64,000 nucleotides of DNA, taken from contig CM119263.1 of the NCBI GenBank assembly GCA_051294375.1, forward strand, positions 4,518,577 to 4,582,576. Direction: 5' to 3'. The notes beneath the pieces were generated by a model that did no database searches, was not told where the DNA came from, and was given only the letters and a program-made list of their open reading frames with translations. Numbering within the stretch: the stretch's first letter is position 1; every line of letters starts with the position of its first letter. Source of the DNA: Paraspadella gotoi (Eukaryota > Animalia > Chaetognatha). The position numbers and the translations under genes were made by a program. Below are positions 39,914 to 54,748 of the stretch, in pieces.

Positions 39914-42900
39914 CTCTTACTCCCTCTCCCACTTTTAATGCAAATCATCGATTTTTCTCACTCCTCGACTTTTTGTTCTCTCCACTTACCCTCTCCATAA
40001 CCTCATCTCCCCCGATTGACTCCCACGCATCCTCTCTGGCCACAATCCAAAATCCCTCAACATTCAATCTTTTTTCAATATCCCATCTTGCCTTCNNNNN
40101 NNNNNNNNNNNNNNNNNNNNATATTATTTGCTCGTTAAATTTCTTTTTTTCTTCCCCCACGCCATACAATTATTACCATTTGTAACGTCAAAAGACAACC
40201 GTTACTGTTACCGTAACTTTTAGCGTTACCTTCACTACAATCAATCATCTTCCTATCAATCCATCCAACAATCCATCCATCCCATCCATTTAATCCATCC
40301 ATCCATTCATCCATACATCCATCCATCCAACCACCAGTCCGTTCATCCATCTATTCAACTATCCATTAGCAAAATAAAAAAACATCCAGATTCTGGCAAC
40401 GAATCCTGGTGGTCAGTTGATGCAGGTGTTATCCTTGTTGTTGTTGTCGACGTCGTTGTTGTTTTCATTTATGACTCTTGTTGTAGCAACGACCAGTGGG
40501 TGGGTCAACGCATGGGATCCCGGGAACCATTATATCAACCGACGCTGCGGCCGATGGACAACGGATGACCGCCAACTCATTCCTGCCTTCGCCGCCGCAT
40601 TCGCCGCCGCCGCCGCCGCCGCCGCCGCAGCCATAACTCTCCTAATTTATTCTTAACGAGAAGAGAGAGATGGTTTTCTCTCCAGCGGACAAAGTTGCAT
40701 CTCCGAGGCGAAACCCAGGGTGGCGAGAGCGGTGGGGGGAGGGCAGGGTGGGACCTGTGGGTAGTTGCGGGTTCCCTCACGCCATTTTGCCCACTTATCT
40801 GCCCACTTGCCCACAGACTAGCGCCACCCACGGTCCGAGAAGATAAATCGACGCCGCGCAATCACTTTTCCGAGGATAAAGTCCTCTCTCTCCCCTTCCC
40901 TTCCCTCACGTTCTTAAAATCTTTATTTTATTTAAAAAAGAGCAAGACTAGAGCAGAGAGAGCAGGACGAGAAGACGAATCGAGAGCAACGACGAGGAGC
41001 AGAGAGAGAGAGAGCAGAGAATACGCTCGAGCGACGACTCGAGAGCACACGAGACGCAGAACAGAAGGATCGAGAGACGACCGAGAGAGAGACGAGAGAG
41101 GAGAAGCAGAGAGAGTGAAGAGACACGTCAGAGGAGAGAGACTGAGAGGCGAGAAATCCGCATATGAATACGAGATGGGGCGTGCAGAGAAAAGGCGATA
41201 AATTCGCACCTCTCGATGGAAATTACTTCCAAAACAAATCCGGAACAAGCTCTCTGTATCTTGTTATCTATGTCTAGAAAGACGAGAAGAGAGAGAGAGA
41301 GACCGGACAAAGAGGAGACGACGAGAGATGAGAGACTCGAGAGAGACAGAGCAAGATGAGGACCAGAGACGAAGCTAGAGAGACGAGACCATTAACCTCA
41401 GCGAAAATGGCCAGATTCCGCTCCCAGAAACGAGAAAAGAATATCGAAAAAAATACAATCAGAACTTGCGAACAGCGATTGTCAATAATTACGCTGGAAA
41501 CGCGATTCATGACCTCGTTGAACCATGGTCAAGGAATTCGTCCCCAGTTCTTTGCTTGCACGCTCCTGTTCTCTCTCTCCTCTCTCCACTTCTCTCTTCT
41601 CTCNNNNNNNNNNNNNNNNNNNNNNNNNCCTTTCTTATTTCACCCGCCACCCTCATTTCCTAATCCGATTAAAAGTTATCCTTCACACTCTTTCCTTCTC
41701 GTTCGTCTCAGCACTTTCCTTCTTTTTTCTTTCTTTTTTCTTTCTTTTTTCTTTCTTCTTTTTTTTTGGTTTTCCCTTTTTGTTTCCTTTACCTTCGTTT
41801 TTTTTTACTTTTTAATTATATTTTCTTTTCTACTTTCTTCTTTTTCTTATTAATTCTTTCTTCCTTCTCTTCTTCTCTTCTTTTATCCTTTTTTCCTTTT
41901 TTTCTTTCCTTTTTTCCTCACCTTTTTTTCCCCATTTTCATCATTTCTACTCATTATGAAACTTTCATAATGAGTATGACTTTCATTGAAAGTCAATTTA
42001 AACGGATTAACAATTAATTAGAAAAGTAGTTCGATTCAAATCCAATAAAGAAGCAAAAACAATCATCAGACGTCGAATGCCATCGGCCTAGAAATGTAAT
42101 CAACTCGAGCATCGTCGATCGAATATGAAAAATGGGAAGCAACGAATAAGAACCACATGAACCCAATAAAAAGGAAATCGAATCGACGCAAATCGGATCA
42201 AAGATATTCCATCTTTCATACGGAACATTTTTGTCGTCCAGACGAAGTCGTCATATTCGAAAATCTTCGTCCAAATTTTCTGGTTCCATGTCGATATGAA
42301 TGACGCCGGCAGAACGAGCGCCGGGCGTCGTCGTCGTCATCATACTCGCTGTCGTCATCGTTTTCGTCGTCATCATCGTCGTATTCGTCGTCATCCTCTT
42401 CGTCGTCGTCGTCGTCGTCGTCTCTTTGTCATCGTCATCGTCATCGTCTCTTTGTCGTCGTCGTCGTCATCGTCATCGTCATCGTCATCTTCGTCTTCGT
42501 CGTCATCCTCTTCGTCTTCGTTATCATCGTCCTTCTTCGCATTCGAATTCGAAACCTCGTCTCCTTTTTACGACTTCCGCCGACAGGAATTGTTTGCCCA
42601 CGCGACGGGCGATTCGTCATCCAATCTCAACCAAGCCTCACCCTTCCCTTACCTCACGCCCGACACCGCTCCGACGCCGCCGCCTGACGCCGTCTGACGC
42701 CCTCCGACACCGCTCCGACGCCATCCGACACCGCTCCGACGCCGCCCGACGCCGCCCCGAGGCTCGAGTCCGATTTCCGAGAAATCTCCCTTCGCTTCCA
42801 ATGTTGTGTACATTCATTTGGGATTAAAGGATGGTGAGGGTGGGTGCACGTTTGGGTGGGATTGGGTGGGTCAAGGTGGGTAAGGATTGGGTCAAGAAAA

Positions 42901-45900
42901 GAAAAGTTAAAAGAGAGGATGAAAGATAGAGAAGTTGAGACAAAGAGAATGACAACAACAACGACAGTCGAACCAAACGTCCTCAGGTTTCTCTCTTTTT
43001 TTTTACATTAATGTTTGGAACCATAACCTCGTCGTCGTTAGGACTGGAGTCGATTTGAATTGAAATTTTAATTAAATTAATGAGATAAAATATGATTTAA
43101 AAATCATGAGAAGATTCGGAGCTCAGCTGTTCACACACTACCAGCATCAATTTGAAGGAAAAAAATTTACAACCAATTTATATGAATCACTCTTGGTTAA
43201 GGCAATGAGCTTTAAAAAATATGTACAAAAAAGTATTTATTATTAAATAATTATTAATAAATAATTCATAGATAAATTAAACGTCTGCCGACTCGACTAC
43301 TACCTCGGCAAAATGCGTCAGAATAAAAATAACATTAAAATTTAAAAATCATAAATATTTAATTNNNNNNNNNNNNNNNNNNNNNNNNNNNNNNNNNNNN
43401 NNNNNNNNNNNNNNNNNNNNNNNNNNNNNNNNNNNNNNNNNNNNNNNNNNNNNNNNNNNNNNNNNNNNNNNNNNNNNNNNNNNNNNNNNNNNNNNNNNNN
43501 NNNNNNNNNNNNNNNNNNNNNNNNNNNNNNNNNNNNNNNNNNNNNNNNNNNNNNNNNNNNNNNNNNNNNNNNNNNNNNNNNNNNNNNNNNNNNNNNNNNN
43601 NNNNNNNNNNNNNNNNNNNNNNNNNNNNNNNNNNNNNNNNNNNNNNNNNNNNNNNNNNNNNNNNNNNNNNNCGAGGCCGCGAGTTTGAAATTTCATCCGG
43701 ATCGATGTCAGGGCTACTGCGTTTTATGGAGTTTACTGGACCTTGAAATGTATGGAGATGATCTTGACTCTGAGCGCCCGAGTGACGGTCCCGGTTTTAN
43801 NNNNNNNNNNNNNNNNNNNNNNNNNNNNNNNNNNNNNNNNNNNNNNNNNNNNNNNNNNNNNNNNNNNNNNNNNNNNNNNNNNNNNNNNNNNNNNNNNNNN
43901 NNNNNNNNNNNNNNNNNNNNNNNNNNNNNNNNNNNNNNNNNNNNNNNNNNNNNNNNNNNNNNNNNNNNNNNNNNNNNNNNNNNNNNNNNNNNNNNNNNNN
44001 NNNNNNNNNNNNNNNNNNNNNNNNNNNNNNNNNNNNNNNNNNNNNNNNNNNNNNNNNNNNNNNNNNNNNNNNNNNNNNNNNNNNNNNNNNNNNNNNNNNN
44101 NNNNNNNNNNNNNNNNNNNNNNNNNNNNNNNNNNNNNNNNNNNNNNNNNNNNNNNNNNNNNNNNNNNNNNNNNNNNNNNNNNNNNNNNNNNNNNNNNNNN
44201 NNNNNNNCTCTTTGATTGAACTTTGCCTATCTTTAGATCGGTGACGATTTATGCGGCGAATTGTCGGCCTCTTGTCGGCCGCCCGTCTGAGCCGACTCTC
44301 TCTCTCTCGCTTGTCGGTCGCCAGAGGTCTCGTTATTGTCACCCAAGGCTCCGGTTGTTGACCCAAATAACGACGGACATAATCGCTTCTTTCTTTAAAA
44401 AAAAAATAAATTAAAAAAATCTTTAAAGTCGTTTATGAGGTTCGACGATTCTCTCGCGATTAGCGTCACCCAAGAATCGATCGATCGGGAATTTGCTTAA
44501 TTATTTCCAAGTTTGTTCTCTCAACGATAAAGAGACGAGTGGATGGCAACATGCTCGATCCTAGCCTCGTAAAGGGATCGTTAAGGGCTTGTTAATTAAT
44601 TTTTTTATCCTCGGTCAGGGCCTCGTCACCCAACTGGCTAGAACTCTAATCGGGGTCTAAATCAAGTTCCAATTGCTGATCGCATAAAAATGATCTTATC
44701 TAATCCTTCTAAATATTGCATAATAATTAATACCTCTTTCTTTATTTTAATTTTGGGCCTCATCTACTTCCATATATATCATCTTTGAACTGGGCCCCGC
44801 CGCCCATATTCTCATCCTCGATCCGGGCCTCGTCACCCATTACTCATCCGCGCACGAGGCCGCATAAAGTAGTTCCTCTCGTCCTTAGGCCTCGTTTTAA
44901 CCTCAGGCGCCATTCTTTAATTTTTCCTCTTTTTTTTTCTTCTCCAGTTCTNNNNNNNNNNNNNNNNNNNNNNNNNCGGAAACTGAGAAGAGAGAAGACT
45001 GGGGAACGAGTGTTAATCGGGGGTATAGATCAGATGTCTTACTCGGAGGCTGACGTCCATAAGAGTCTAAGTTAGAGGACGAAAGTCTTTTTTTCCTCTT
45101 ATGGGGTAAGTGTCGTTCAGGCTGAGGATTAACCAGGGATGCGTAATTTATCGTTCTTTTGTCTCTCGAGTACGAAAGTGGATTGAGAACGCCAGTCTAT
45201 CCGGTATGGTAAATTGATGACAATGATGTAATAAAGAGTAAGTAGGAGGAATGAAATAGGTAACATATGAGGGAGTGAAAGAGACATATAGAGGAATGGA
45301 AATTAGAAAGAGAAGGATGATTAAAAAAAAAAAAATAAGAGAGGAAAGGAAGAGCAGAGCAAAAGTGAAAGGGACAGGACATAGTAGGAAGGAAGGGAAA
45401 AGGAAAAGGAAAGGAAGAGAGGAAAGGGAAGGAAAGGAAAGGAAAGGAAAAGGAAAGGGAAAGGAAAAGAAAAGAAACACAGAGTAGAAAAAGAAGAAAA
45501 AAAAAAGAAAAAGAATCCAACTGAAAGAAGAAAGGAACTGAGTCAAAAATGGCGAGACGCCCATGAACTCGAGGAAAGCCTGCCTCATTCTTGCACATGA
45601 TTTGTTTGATTGCGCAATGTGTCGCAAGAATTGCGTGAAGGAACTAGCTTCCGGGACCTTTCACTGTGTTCTTTTTTTCCTTTCCTTTTTCTCTCCTTCT
45701 CTCCTCTTTGTTAACCTTTATAACGAGGTACTGAAGTAAAAATTATTTTTTCTTCATTTTGGGTAACGTTGTATTTCTTTAGGTATTTTGACGGATTTGA
45801 TTTCTCGCTGGTATGGGCTTATGTCGTCATCTGTTGACCGGCCTGCCTACCTATTATTATGATAATTTTTAGCTATTGAGATAGTTGACAGTTCGTGAAA

Positions 45901-48900
45901 ATGTACCTGGTTAAACCAAGTCTTAATGGTACAGAATTTTAATCAATTTGGGTAGTTAACTTCTTCATATATCAGAAATATTATTGGGTGGACTGGACAA
46001 GGTGCAGTTGAAAAAATTCATTTCCGTCTCTCACTTTTAAAAGATTCATGAACCGCACAACATGTTATGGCTAAACCTTAGGTTCAGTTTAAAGAATAGA
46101 TTAAAACCATTTATATTATACAATTATATTTAAACGATGCCTATTATATTATAAAACTTATCTTTTTTCCTTAAAAATGAATAGTAAATTTACCTCTATA
46201 AATGCTTAAAAATATTAAAATACCGGCAAAAGGCATAAAGATTTAAACCAGAATTGAAAAAGGTTTTCGGGAAAGTGACGTATGAGTTAAAACACTTCAA
46301 GGATTTCATATCACAATTAGAAATATTATTTAAGTAAGGACTGATCAATTTAATAGCATGTTTATCTAGAAAAGGCGTCAAGTAGGTAGACCGTAGAAAA
46401 GATATGGTTGTGGATTGGAAGGTTGTTTTTCTGGTATAAGCCCTTCAGATGCTACTATTGAACTTCTTTTAAAAATTAGATTTCCACTTCTGGGGACAGA
46501 TATTTTCTGAGGGCTGTGGCACCGATGGGGGGGAGATAAGGGGGGTGTGGGTGTGGGGACGGAAAGAGGGGAGACAAACGATTTGGCTATTTGTGGGCAC
46601 ATGTGGGCTGGTGGTTGGATAGAGATGCGGAAAATGCTTTGTTAATATATCACCGATTATACAATAATTAACAATTTGAATTATAAAAGCAGCGACGGCG
46701 AAAAAGTTAAACGTCCAAATGACAAAAAAATCCGAAATGGTAGTAGAGAATTTTGGATTTATTTTTTTCTTTTTTTTTTTATTTCGTTGCGACAGACGTA
46801 TGTTTTTAAGGAGAAAAAGTCTTATATTACACAACAAAGACAAACAAAAAGAAGAACAAAGAGAAAACGTCGAAATCTTTTCCTCTCCACTGACGCCGAT
46901 CAAACACTTTCTCATGATGATTTTTATCTTTAATCTCGAATAATCTGACTTCTACTTTTTCTTCCTCACGAGTCGACAATTCTAGTTAAGTATCGGCATT
47001 TTTACTGATTTCTACTTATTAAATATTAATTTGATCTTTCCCTACTTATCCTGATCGTTTAATAAAAATACTTGCCTGGGCTTTAGGATGGATTGGTTTT
47101 TCAATTTTTAAAGACTAATTGTGAACTTTTTTTGCAGTTGATTTTGTTTCGTTTTTTTAATTCATGATGAGGTTTCCTGTTTTTGTTTTTATCTTCGCAT
47201 ATCGAACACAAGATCCATTACTTATTTCCGAAATTGCCTTTCTGTTGTTTATTTTTCCTATCTATATTCACTCTCTCTCTCTCGTCTCTGTCTCATCATC
47301 TCTTCTCCTCGTCTTCTCGTCTCTCTCTCTCTCTCTTCCTCTCTCTCTCGTCTCTTATCGTCTCTCTCTCTGCTCCTCCCTCTCTCTCTCTGTTCCTCCT
47401 GGCGGGAGAGATCGAGAGACTAGAGTCAAGGAAATGATTTCCCCTCCGAAGTCGTTATCGGTGTTAATAAAAAGCGGCGAGTCGGATTCTTTTCCGTTTA
47501 AATATTTTTTTCTCTTCGGTTTTCATTATTTTTTAACATATCTTTCAGATGACTGGAGGCTGGAGAGCTAGATCAAATGCAATCTTCGCTTGTCCTAATG
47601 GCGCCGTCCTCGAGGCAAACGATTAAACATTCTAATCTAAGAATGTCACTCCGGTCTTCTGACACAACCCTAGGCAATGTCACGGCGGGTAAGCAACTGC
47701 AATTTATTGTATCGCATCAATATTATATCCTCGCTTAGCTCGTATTTTCTATCCGAAGTCGGATTCAACGATCAATATCCAAGTTTTATTCGTTTTATAC
47801 AATCCCGTTTATTCCTGCACGACAGTAGCCAGTGAGTCGACTTGGTTTCACCGTTACTGTTTAGCACGATTCACAGACAACGTTTTGTTTTCACAGGAGT
47901 TGTCTCATACTACGTTTACGAGTTCGTTAAAAAATAAGTGCCAAATCTTACTTTATTTAGTCTGTCCCCGTTAGGTCTCAAGACCCGCCAACTGCTACGA
48001 ATAAACCAAGTCGTTCTTCGCAACGTTAACGCCATCTGAACAGATTGCTTTGAAGAGTTGGCTCCCCATCTTTGCGAATCGCCGATACGTCGACATCTGA
48101 ACCAAAGGTATATTATGCTCATCATCGGGACGCGTTCAAAGATGCGGATTGGCGGCGTTCGATGGAGCATTGTTCTCTGAGAAATGGAGAAAAATGGAAA
48201 ATGGAAAGAAGGAAGGGAGAAGAATCGGAAGAGAGGAAAATGGAAAAATGGGAATAATGTTGAAAAAGTGGAAGAAAGGAGAGGGAAAAATTAAGAAAAA
48301 GGAAATACGGAAGAAATAATGGAAAGAAACGGCAAAGGAAAAAATTGAAGGAAAAAGGAAAATGGAAAAAATTGAAATGGAAAATAATTGAAAGAGAAAA
48401 ATTGAAGAAAGGAAAAATGGGGAAAAATTGGAACAAATGGAAGGAATGAAAAGGGGAAAAAATTGAAGAGGGAAATGGAAAAAATGGAAAGAAAAGGCAG
48501 GAAATTGAAGAAAAGGAAATGGAGAGAAAGAAATGAAACAAAAGGAAATCGACAAAAAATGAATGAAAATCGAGGAAGAAAAAAAAAGAAAATAAAAAAT
48601 AAAATGTTTATTATTATGTATTCCCGCTCCATGATGTATCGTGACTCATAGTAGAAATTAACCCTCCCAAAAAAACGAAAAATAAAGAAAGGTAATTTAT
48701 TTTAGAAAAGAATAAAGAATAAGAGTAAGAAACCTTAATTATGTGCCGAATGAAAAATGATAAAGGCGGAAAGAAAATGTGAGAGGAGAGAGAGAGAGAG
48801 AGAGGTAGAGAGAGAGAGAGGAGAGCAGAGGAGAGGAGAGAGAGAGAGAGGGCAAGAAGAAGGAGAGAGTGTAACGAGATGAGAGAGAGAGAGGATCTTG

Positions 48901-49241
48901 ATGTTAGAGATAGAGCTCGAGGAAAGAGACAGAATGTGTTGAGAGCGAGATGATTTCTTCCTTCGTATGTATTAAGGATGGTCTTCATCGCTCGTCGAAG
49001 CTTCGCGTTGACCTTTTGTCATTCGGACTCTTTCGCCGTCAGACGAGAGAGGCGCCTATCATCCGAACAAAGAAGACAAACAGATAATGGACTCGTCCGA
49101 AGCTTAGCCGCCTCCCTCTACACCAATCTCTCTTACGATTCTTTCTAAAACCTTTCCTCCGCACATAATAGTATTCCACGCGGTTGCGGGCTTTGAGATG
49201 GAGAGAGGGAGAGAGAGAGAAGAGAAGAGAGAGAGGGAGAG

Positions 49242-49277
<36 letters not shown>

Positions 49278-52200
49278 AGAGCAGACAAGGGAAGAGTAGG
49301 CAAGAAGTAGAGAGAGGCCGGTGAGACTGAAGATAAGTAGTGAGAGAGAGGAGAAGGAGAGGGAGAGGAGAGAGATTACTGCCTTGAGTAGATACGCCCT
49401 AAGGACCGTAGCCCGTCAACTACTCTTCTATTTACTAATCATACCGGTTTGCGTCAATTAAGTTGGATTATTCAAAAGTGAATTCCTTTTCGTTTTAGCT
49501 GTTGTTGATTTAAAATGAGGAAATTCGCGACTTGGTGAATGTTTTAGAAAAACTGAAAGCGGAAAGAGGAAACAGTATTTATATTGACAATTTTTAATAG
49601 ATTTAATATTGAAATAACAGCAATTTTTGTTACATTATTTATTTATGTAAGTAATTGTTCTAAAAAATATATCTTCTGAAAAATACATTAAATGAAAAAA
49701 ATACTTCAAAAGGTTTGCAGGTTTTAAGGGGAAGTAGTATAAGCAGATCATGCTATTATATGCGATTTTAAATTCGATACAACGAGGTTTGATTCAGTAC
49801 AATCACATCAACAAAAGCAAACAAACCAAAGGCAGACTAGGTCTTAGCAAAAAAAGTAAAAATAGGAGAGAAAAACAGTTAATTAAATAAAATTTATTAA
49901 TTAAAATTAAAACAATTAAAAATTGTTCTAATGTTGTAAAGAATGGAACAGTTTGAAGAATCAGTATTTTTCATTGGTATATGTAATCATTTGAGATAAA
50001 AGGTTTTTCTTACGGATTTATATAAAGAATTGTAGATAGTCGTGGTACTCCAAACATACTCCCTCAGTTTATCTCAACTTTTCAGCCATCGATTATATTC
50101 AAAGAAAAATCTGTTGTCGTACACCCATTTCGATGTTACAGGCAACAGATTAAGTCTATTCAATATTACGTACTATGAAAATAAGTGTTCTTACTTCACA
50201 ACCCAAGTAAAGGAGATACCGAAGGAACAGCAGTTAGTATAGATAATTTTCTTCAGATAATTCCTTCTGAAGATATTTAAACAAGGAGCTTTATCAACAG
50301 GTTACTTGATCTAAAAGAAAGATACACAATTCTTTGGCTTGGCATCAAACAAGCTGTCTCTTTTCACTAACCTAAGGTTGAACCCTAAGAATAATGCCCA
50401 TGGTTGTCTAAACTAAGAATCGGATAACAGTTAACCATCGAGAAAAAGTATATCATTTTGGAAAATTGGGGTAGTTTTGCCACTTCCCAATAATGCATTT
50501 TGGTCCGCTGTAAATTTGTTTAACATAATAAACGCGTATAAAATGAGAATCATTAATGTTTTTATTAATGCATTGCATTTCGCCAAATATTCCCTGTAAA
50601 TGAAGTTATTGAGTGAATTTCATTGTAAAGATTCGATTTTGATTCGAGTAATTATGGCTCAGGTTACAAATTTGAGTAGATTAAAATTAGAGCATTAAAC
50701 TATACAAAGTGAATTTGGATGAAAAATTTTAGATTGATTTGGTCAAAATGTTTCATTAGGATTAACTTTATTTTTGAAAATTAGTTACTCTTAAAATGAG
50801 AAATGAAAGGAGAGAGAGAGGAGAGAGAGAGGAGAGAGAGAGGGAGAGAGAGAGGAGAGAGAGAGGAGAGGGAGAAGAGTTTGTTACCTTTTAGCACGGC
50901 TGACCTTGCTGGGAAGGAATGGAATTGTAAAGCGAAAAGGCTTCCGCAAGGACAAGCGAGGAGATTGGACTTCTGGCGGGGGGAAATAAAATGGGCATAT
51001 GAGTCATTGAGGGGGAGAGAGGGGGGGAAGATAGAGAAGGAAAGATGAATAGAGGGAATGACAATGGAGGGGAAGTTTCGATTGGGTAGTTTGTTGTTGT
51101 TTGTTATTGCTTTGGGAATAAGGTCAAACTGGAGATACATGCCAAATGTATGTTTAAATCGAAATAATTTCGTTTATGTTAGTGCATAGAGTGAGTTAAT
51201 AAAAATTAAATACGAGTTTCGGTTAATTTGAATCAAGCCCGCGGTCAAAAAAAAACAAAACATTTATTTTCTTTTTTCATTCCAAATTTAGTTTTTTTCT
51301 CTCATTTTTTTCTCTCGAAGCTCTATTTTTTTCTTTCATGTATGATCTTTTTTTTTAATCCATCGGGAACGATGAGACTTTTAATATATTTCCTAGGCCA
51401 TAAATTTTAATTCGAAAGAGAAATATAATGAAATATCGTTCAAACAATAGCGAACCAGAATTGGGTGATATACTGATTGATTTTGATTTGAAAATCATTC
51501 AATACTCGTGTTCCATTTTTATATAATAGTTAAATTCGCCATCGGACACAAACTAAGATCAGCAAACGACGACTAACAACGAGAAAATTTCCCGATGAAA
51601 ACGACGACGACGACGACGGACGACAACGACGAGACGAAAACGTCGATGATGACGAAATAACGAGTTTTTTCGTCCTTCGTGATTTTTTTTTTCGCAAGTT
51701 TCCCCTCTAGTAACCTCCTCATACCACAGGCCGCGCGACAAGTGCTAATTATATTCTAATATGTTCGACCAAGATTCAATTTTCAAGGTAAACGACTCCA
51801 GCGAAAAGAGGGAGCGCTCTCTCTGGGAAAAAAAAAAGAGAAGAGAAGAAAGAGTTGGAGGGGAAGAAAAGGGGAAAAGAGGTTGGAGGAGGCGATAGAA
51901 AGTAAGAAAGAGAGAGAAGAAAGAGAGGTGGAGGGGAAAGAAAAAGGAAAAAGAAAGGAACAAAGACGGTAATTTCAATGTGTCGCACGCAGTACTTTAT
52001 TTTCACGCGTATTTTTCCTTTGATTTTAATGATTATGTAATGATACTACTGCACAAAATTCCGTTTATTCTTTATAGTTTTCGGAATTGCCTTGAAAGGC
52101 GACGGCTTAGCCAGTCCGCTTTAGATTTGAGCGGCAACTAAAAATGATAGGCGAGTAGAAGAGGAATCTAGAGACTTAGAAGACAAATAAAAGGCCCGAT

Positions 52201-53629
52201 ATAAAAATGATGCATCAATTGAATTTCATAAAGTGTCAGAACATTTTTAATCCCGATTTAAAAAGGAAAAATAGAGAACAAAGTATAGGAAACGGAAACA
52301 CAGAAACTGGGTTTTAACCACCCTGAGAACCCAGAAAAAAAACGAGAAGATGGACCCAAAACAGACAGGAATTTTTTCGAGCGAAAGAATTAAAGAGGTG
52401 GGACAGGAGGAGGGGAGAGGAGAGAGGAGAGAGAGAACGCACGACGAGAGCATGAGCAAGAGATGAACTGTTCAAAACAAGGGGGATCTGTGAGGGCGCA
52501 CGAACTGAAAAGAGGGAAAGAGTTGAGGAGGTCGAGGGAGCCCTGGATCGCGACAAGAGAGAGACGTAGAAAGAAAGAAACGAGCAGGAGCGACAGAGAA
52601 GAGAGAGGTAGTAGAAATAAGCAGAGTGTACATCGGGAGGCATCAGGTATGCGCCTGCCTCAGTCGATTGCCTCCGGTACAGACGAGCGAGAGACCGTCG
52701 AAGTAACTTTCAGACCGCGACTAGATGTAAGTGAGCAGATAAGATCCGAGCAGGCGACGTCGTCCAAAGCAAGGACAAGATAAGTTATCTCCGGACGGGC
52801 GAGGAATAGCGTGGGAGCCGAAAGGCTGAGAGAGAGATGAGATGCACCGGTTGAGCCGCGGCGAAACACAGAGCAATGACGACGGATGTGAGCGCACCGA
52901 CAGGTGGTGCGCAGGATGTCCTGCAAGAGCGAGGGAAGGGAGGGACCGGCGAGTAGCGAGAAGACAGCTGAGCCGAGCTGCATCCGGAGAGGGACGAACG
53001 CGGAACTGAAGAGAGAGATGAGAGTAAGAGGCGAGAGCAGACTGAGGACGAGCACGAGATATAGACCGCCGGGCGAATGATATACGACGAGGACTTCTTA
53101 CTCAACGCGTTCATTTTTATGTACGCGTTTGAGCGTTGATGGGTCGCTCTTATGTTTCTATCGCCTCCTCTGTTCTTTATTTCGCTCCGAAAATCCCAGT
53201 CCCTTTGAACGCGAAAGGTGAACTCACGTGAAGTTACCAGGTCTTGTTTTTATTCCTCGATGCCATTCGTCGATTTGATTACCAGGCGAAAACATTTGTT
53301 TGAGAGGGGGGGCAAAACTCTATAACGCTTTCTGCTCATGAAAATACGACGAAGAATCTCGTTATTCCGGCCGGTCACTCGGCGTAAATATCATTTAAAT
53401 ATCTTAGTAAAACCGATTTTCATCTCGTATTAGCTCCAAGACATGACGTGGTACAGGACGGTATGGCCGATGAAAGAGAACTTATTTATGCACGTAAATA
53501 ACAGTCATTTCCATGCTCTCGACAGGGGGAGTTTTCCCTCGCTCAGAACAGGTTTCAGTTATACCACTGTATGTGGTAGACTTATCTGTTTAAATATAAG
53601 AGCATCGACAAAAAAAAAAACCGCTTTTC

Positions 53630-53854
53630 TTGCGGGCGACAAGCGTGACATGGAACCAACTTTTGGAAGAACCAACCTTAGATCTAGCGGATACACAGGA
53701 CTCCGCGCCGAGGCCAATGTCAATGAAGAGAGTAGATGAGGGAATGAAACGCGGAGAGATGCCAGAGAGAGAAGACGAGATAGACGACGAAGAAGACTGC
53801 GACGATGAGAGAGACGAAGAGAACAGAATGTCTGGCTACAACTTTAAAGCTTAA
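53630..53854 (+). CDS. Candidate terminal exon with an acidic tail (...VTWNQLLEEPTLDLADTQDSAPRPMSMKRVDEGMKRGEMPEREDEIDDEEDCDDERDEENRMSGYNFKA*)
   Basis: Open frame with protein-like composition ending in TAA. The acceptor is not clearly defined, and the acidic part could derive from a decayed (GAC/GAA) repeat. Confidence 0.25.
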   Translation: MRATSVTWNQLLEEPTLDLADTQDSAPRPMSMKRVDEGMKRGEMPEREDEIDDEEDCDDERDEENRMSGYNFKA

Positions 53855-54748
53855 ATCTTTCTCCAAATTTCCTTCAAAAACAGGGACCGCGCTTCCAACA
53901 TTTATATGTTTATTCTCCTCTTGGCATTTCGGATGTACGCAAAAAACGACAATTACTTTTCTTGTCATTTAACAATTACAATAGAACAAAAAGTAATTAC
54001 TTCGGGAAAAAATTCGTGCGCATAGGAATAGAATTTTCGTCTTTTACTTGTCTTTTAAACTTTTTTGTTTTCCTTCTTTCTTTTCACGGTTCTTGTTTCC
54101 AATTTTTGCAGTTTCTGATGCCGTATGACTCTGTCGTGATAGCACATAGATAGATAAAACTCTCGTTTCCGCCGCCGAACGCCAGGGGATGATTCGGCGC
54201 TGCAGTCGTCACACATGGAAGACCGTTGCTAAGGACGCCCCGAGGCATCGTTGTCAACGAAGCGCGGAAAGGAAGGAATTGAAAGGTTAGGAAGAGAAAA
54301 AAGGGTGAGGGAGGGTAAGTGAGTGGTTTATGGGTGCGAAGGAGAAAAGAAAGAGTTATTAGAAACGTGGGTAAGGTTTTGATGTAGAAATGATGTAGCG
54401 CTTCTGTTAATCGAGTTCAACAGCTCAGAGCGAAGAGAGAGAGAAAAAGTTAGTTTCTTAGGAAAGTAAGTGAAGTCAACTCGACCTATCTATTGAAATC
54501 CACCCAATTTCAATTTTTGGTATGTATATTTATTATGGTATCAAAGTATAAATTTCACTCACAAATTACAAATTGAGAATAAAAACAAATTTCAAGTCAG
54601 TTTTTACGTTTCCGTGACCCACTTCTTTCGACGGTATTTATCAATCCGAATTCCGAAATCACCCAAAACCAAAAAATAATCATCGAATCACCAACAACCG
54701 GTGACGTCGTGAATTGAGACGGTGATTCGAGGATGATCCACGCGAAAA

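Noticed and set aside
50042-50400. Possible transposase remnant
   Set aside because: High-complexity sequence but no DDE, RT or other motif that I can identify.
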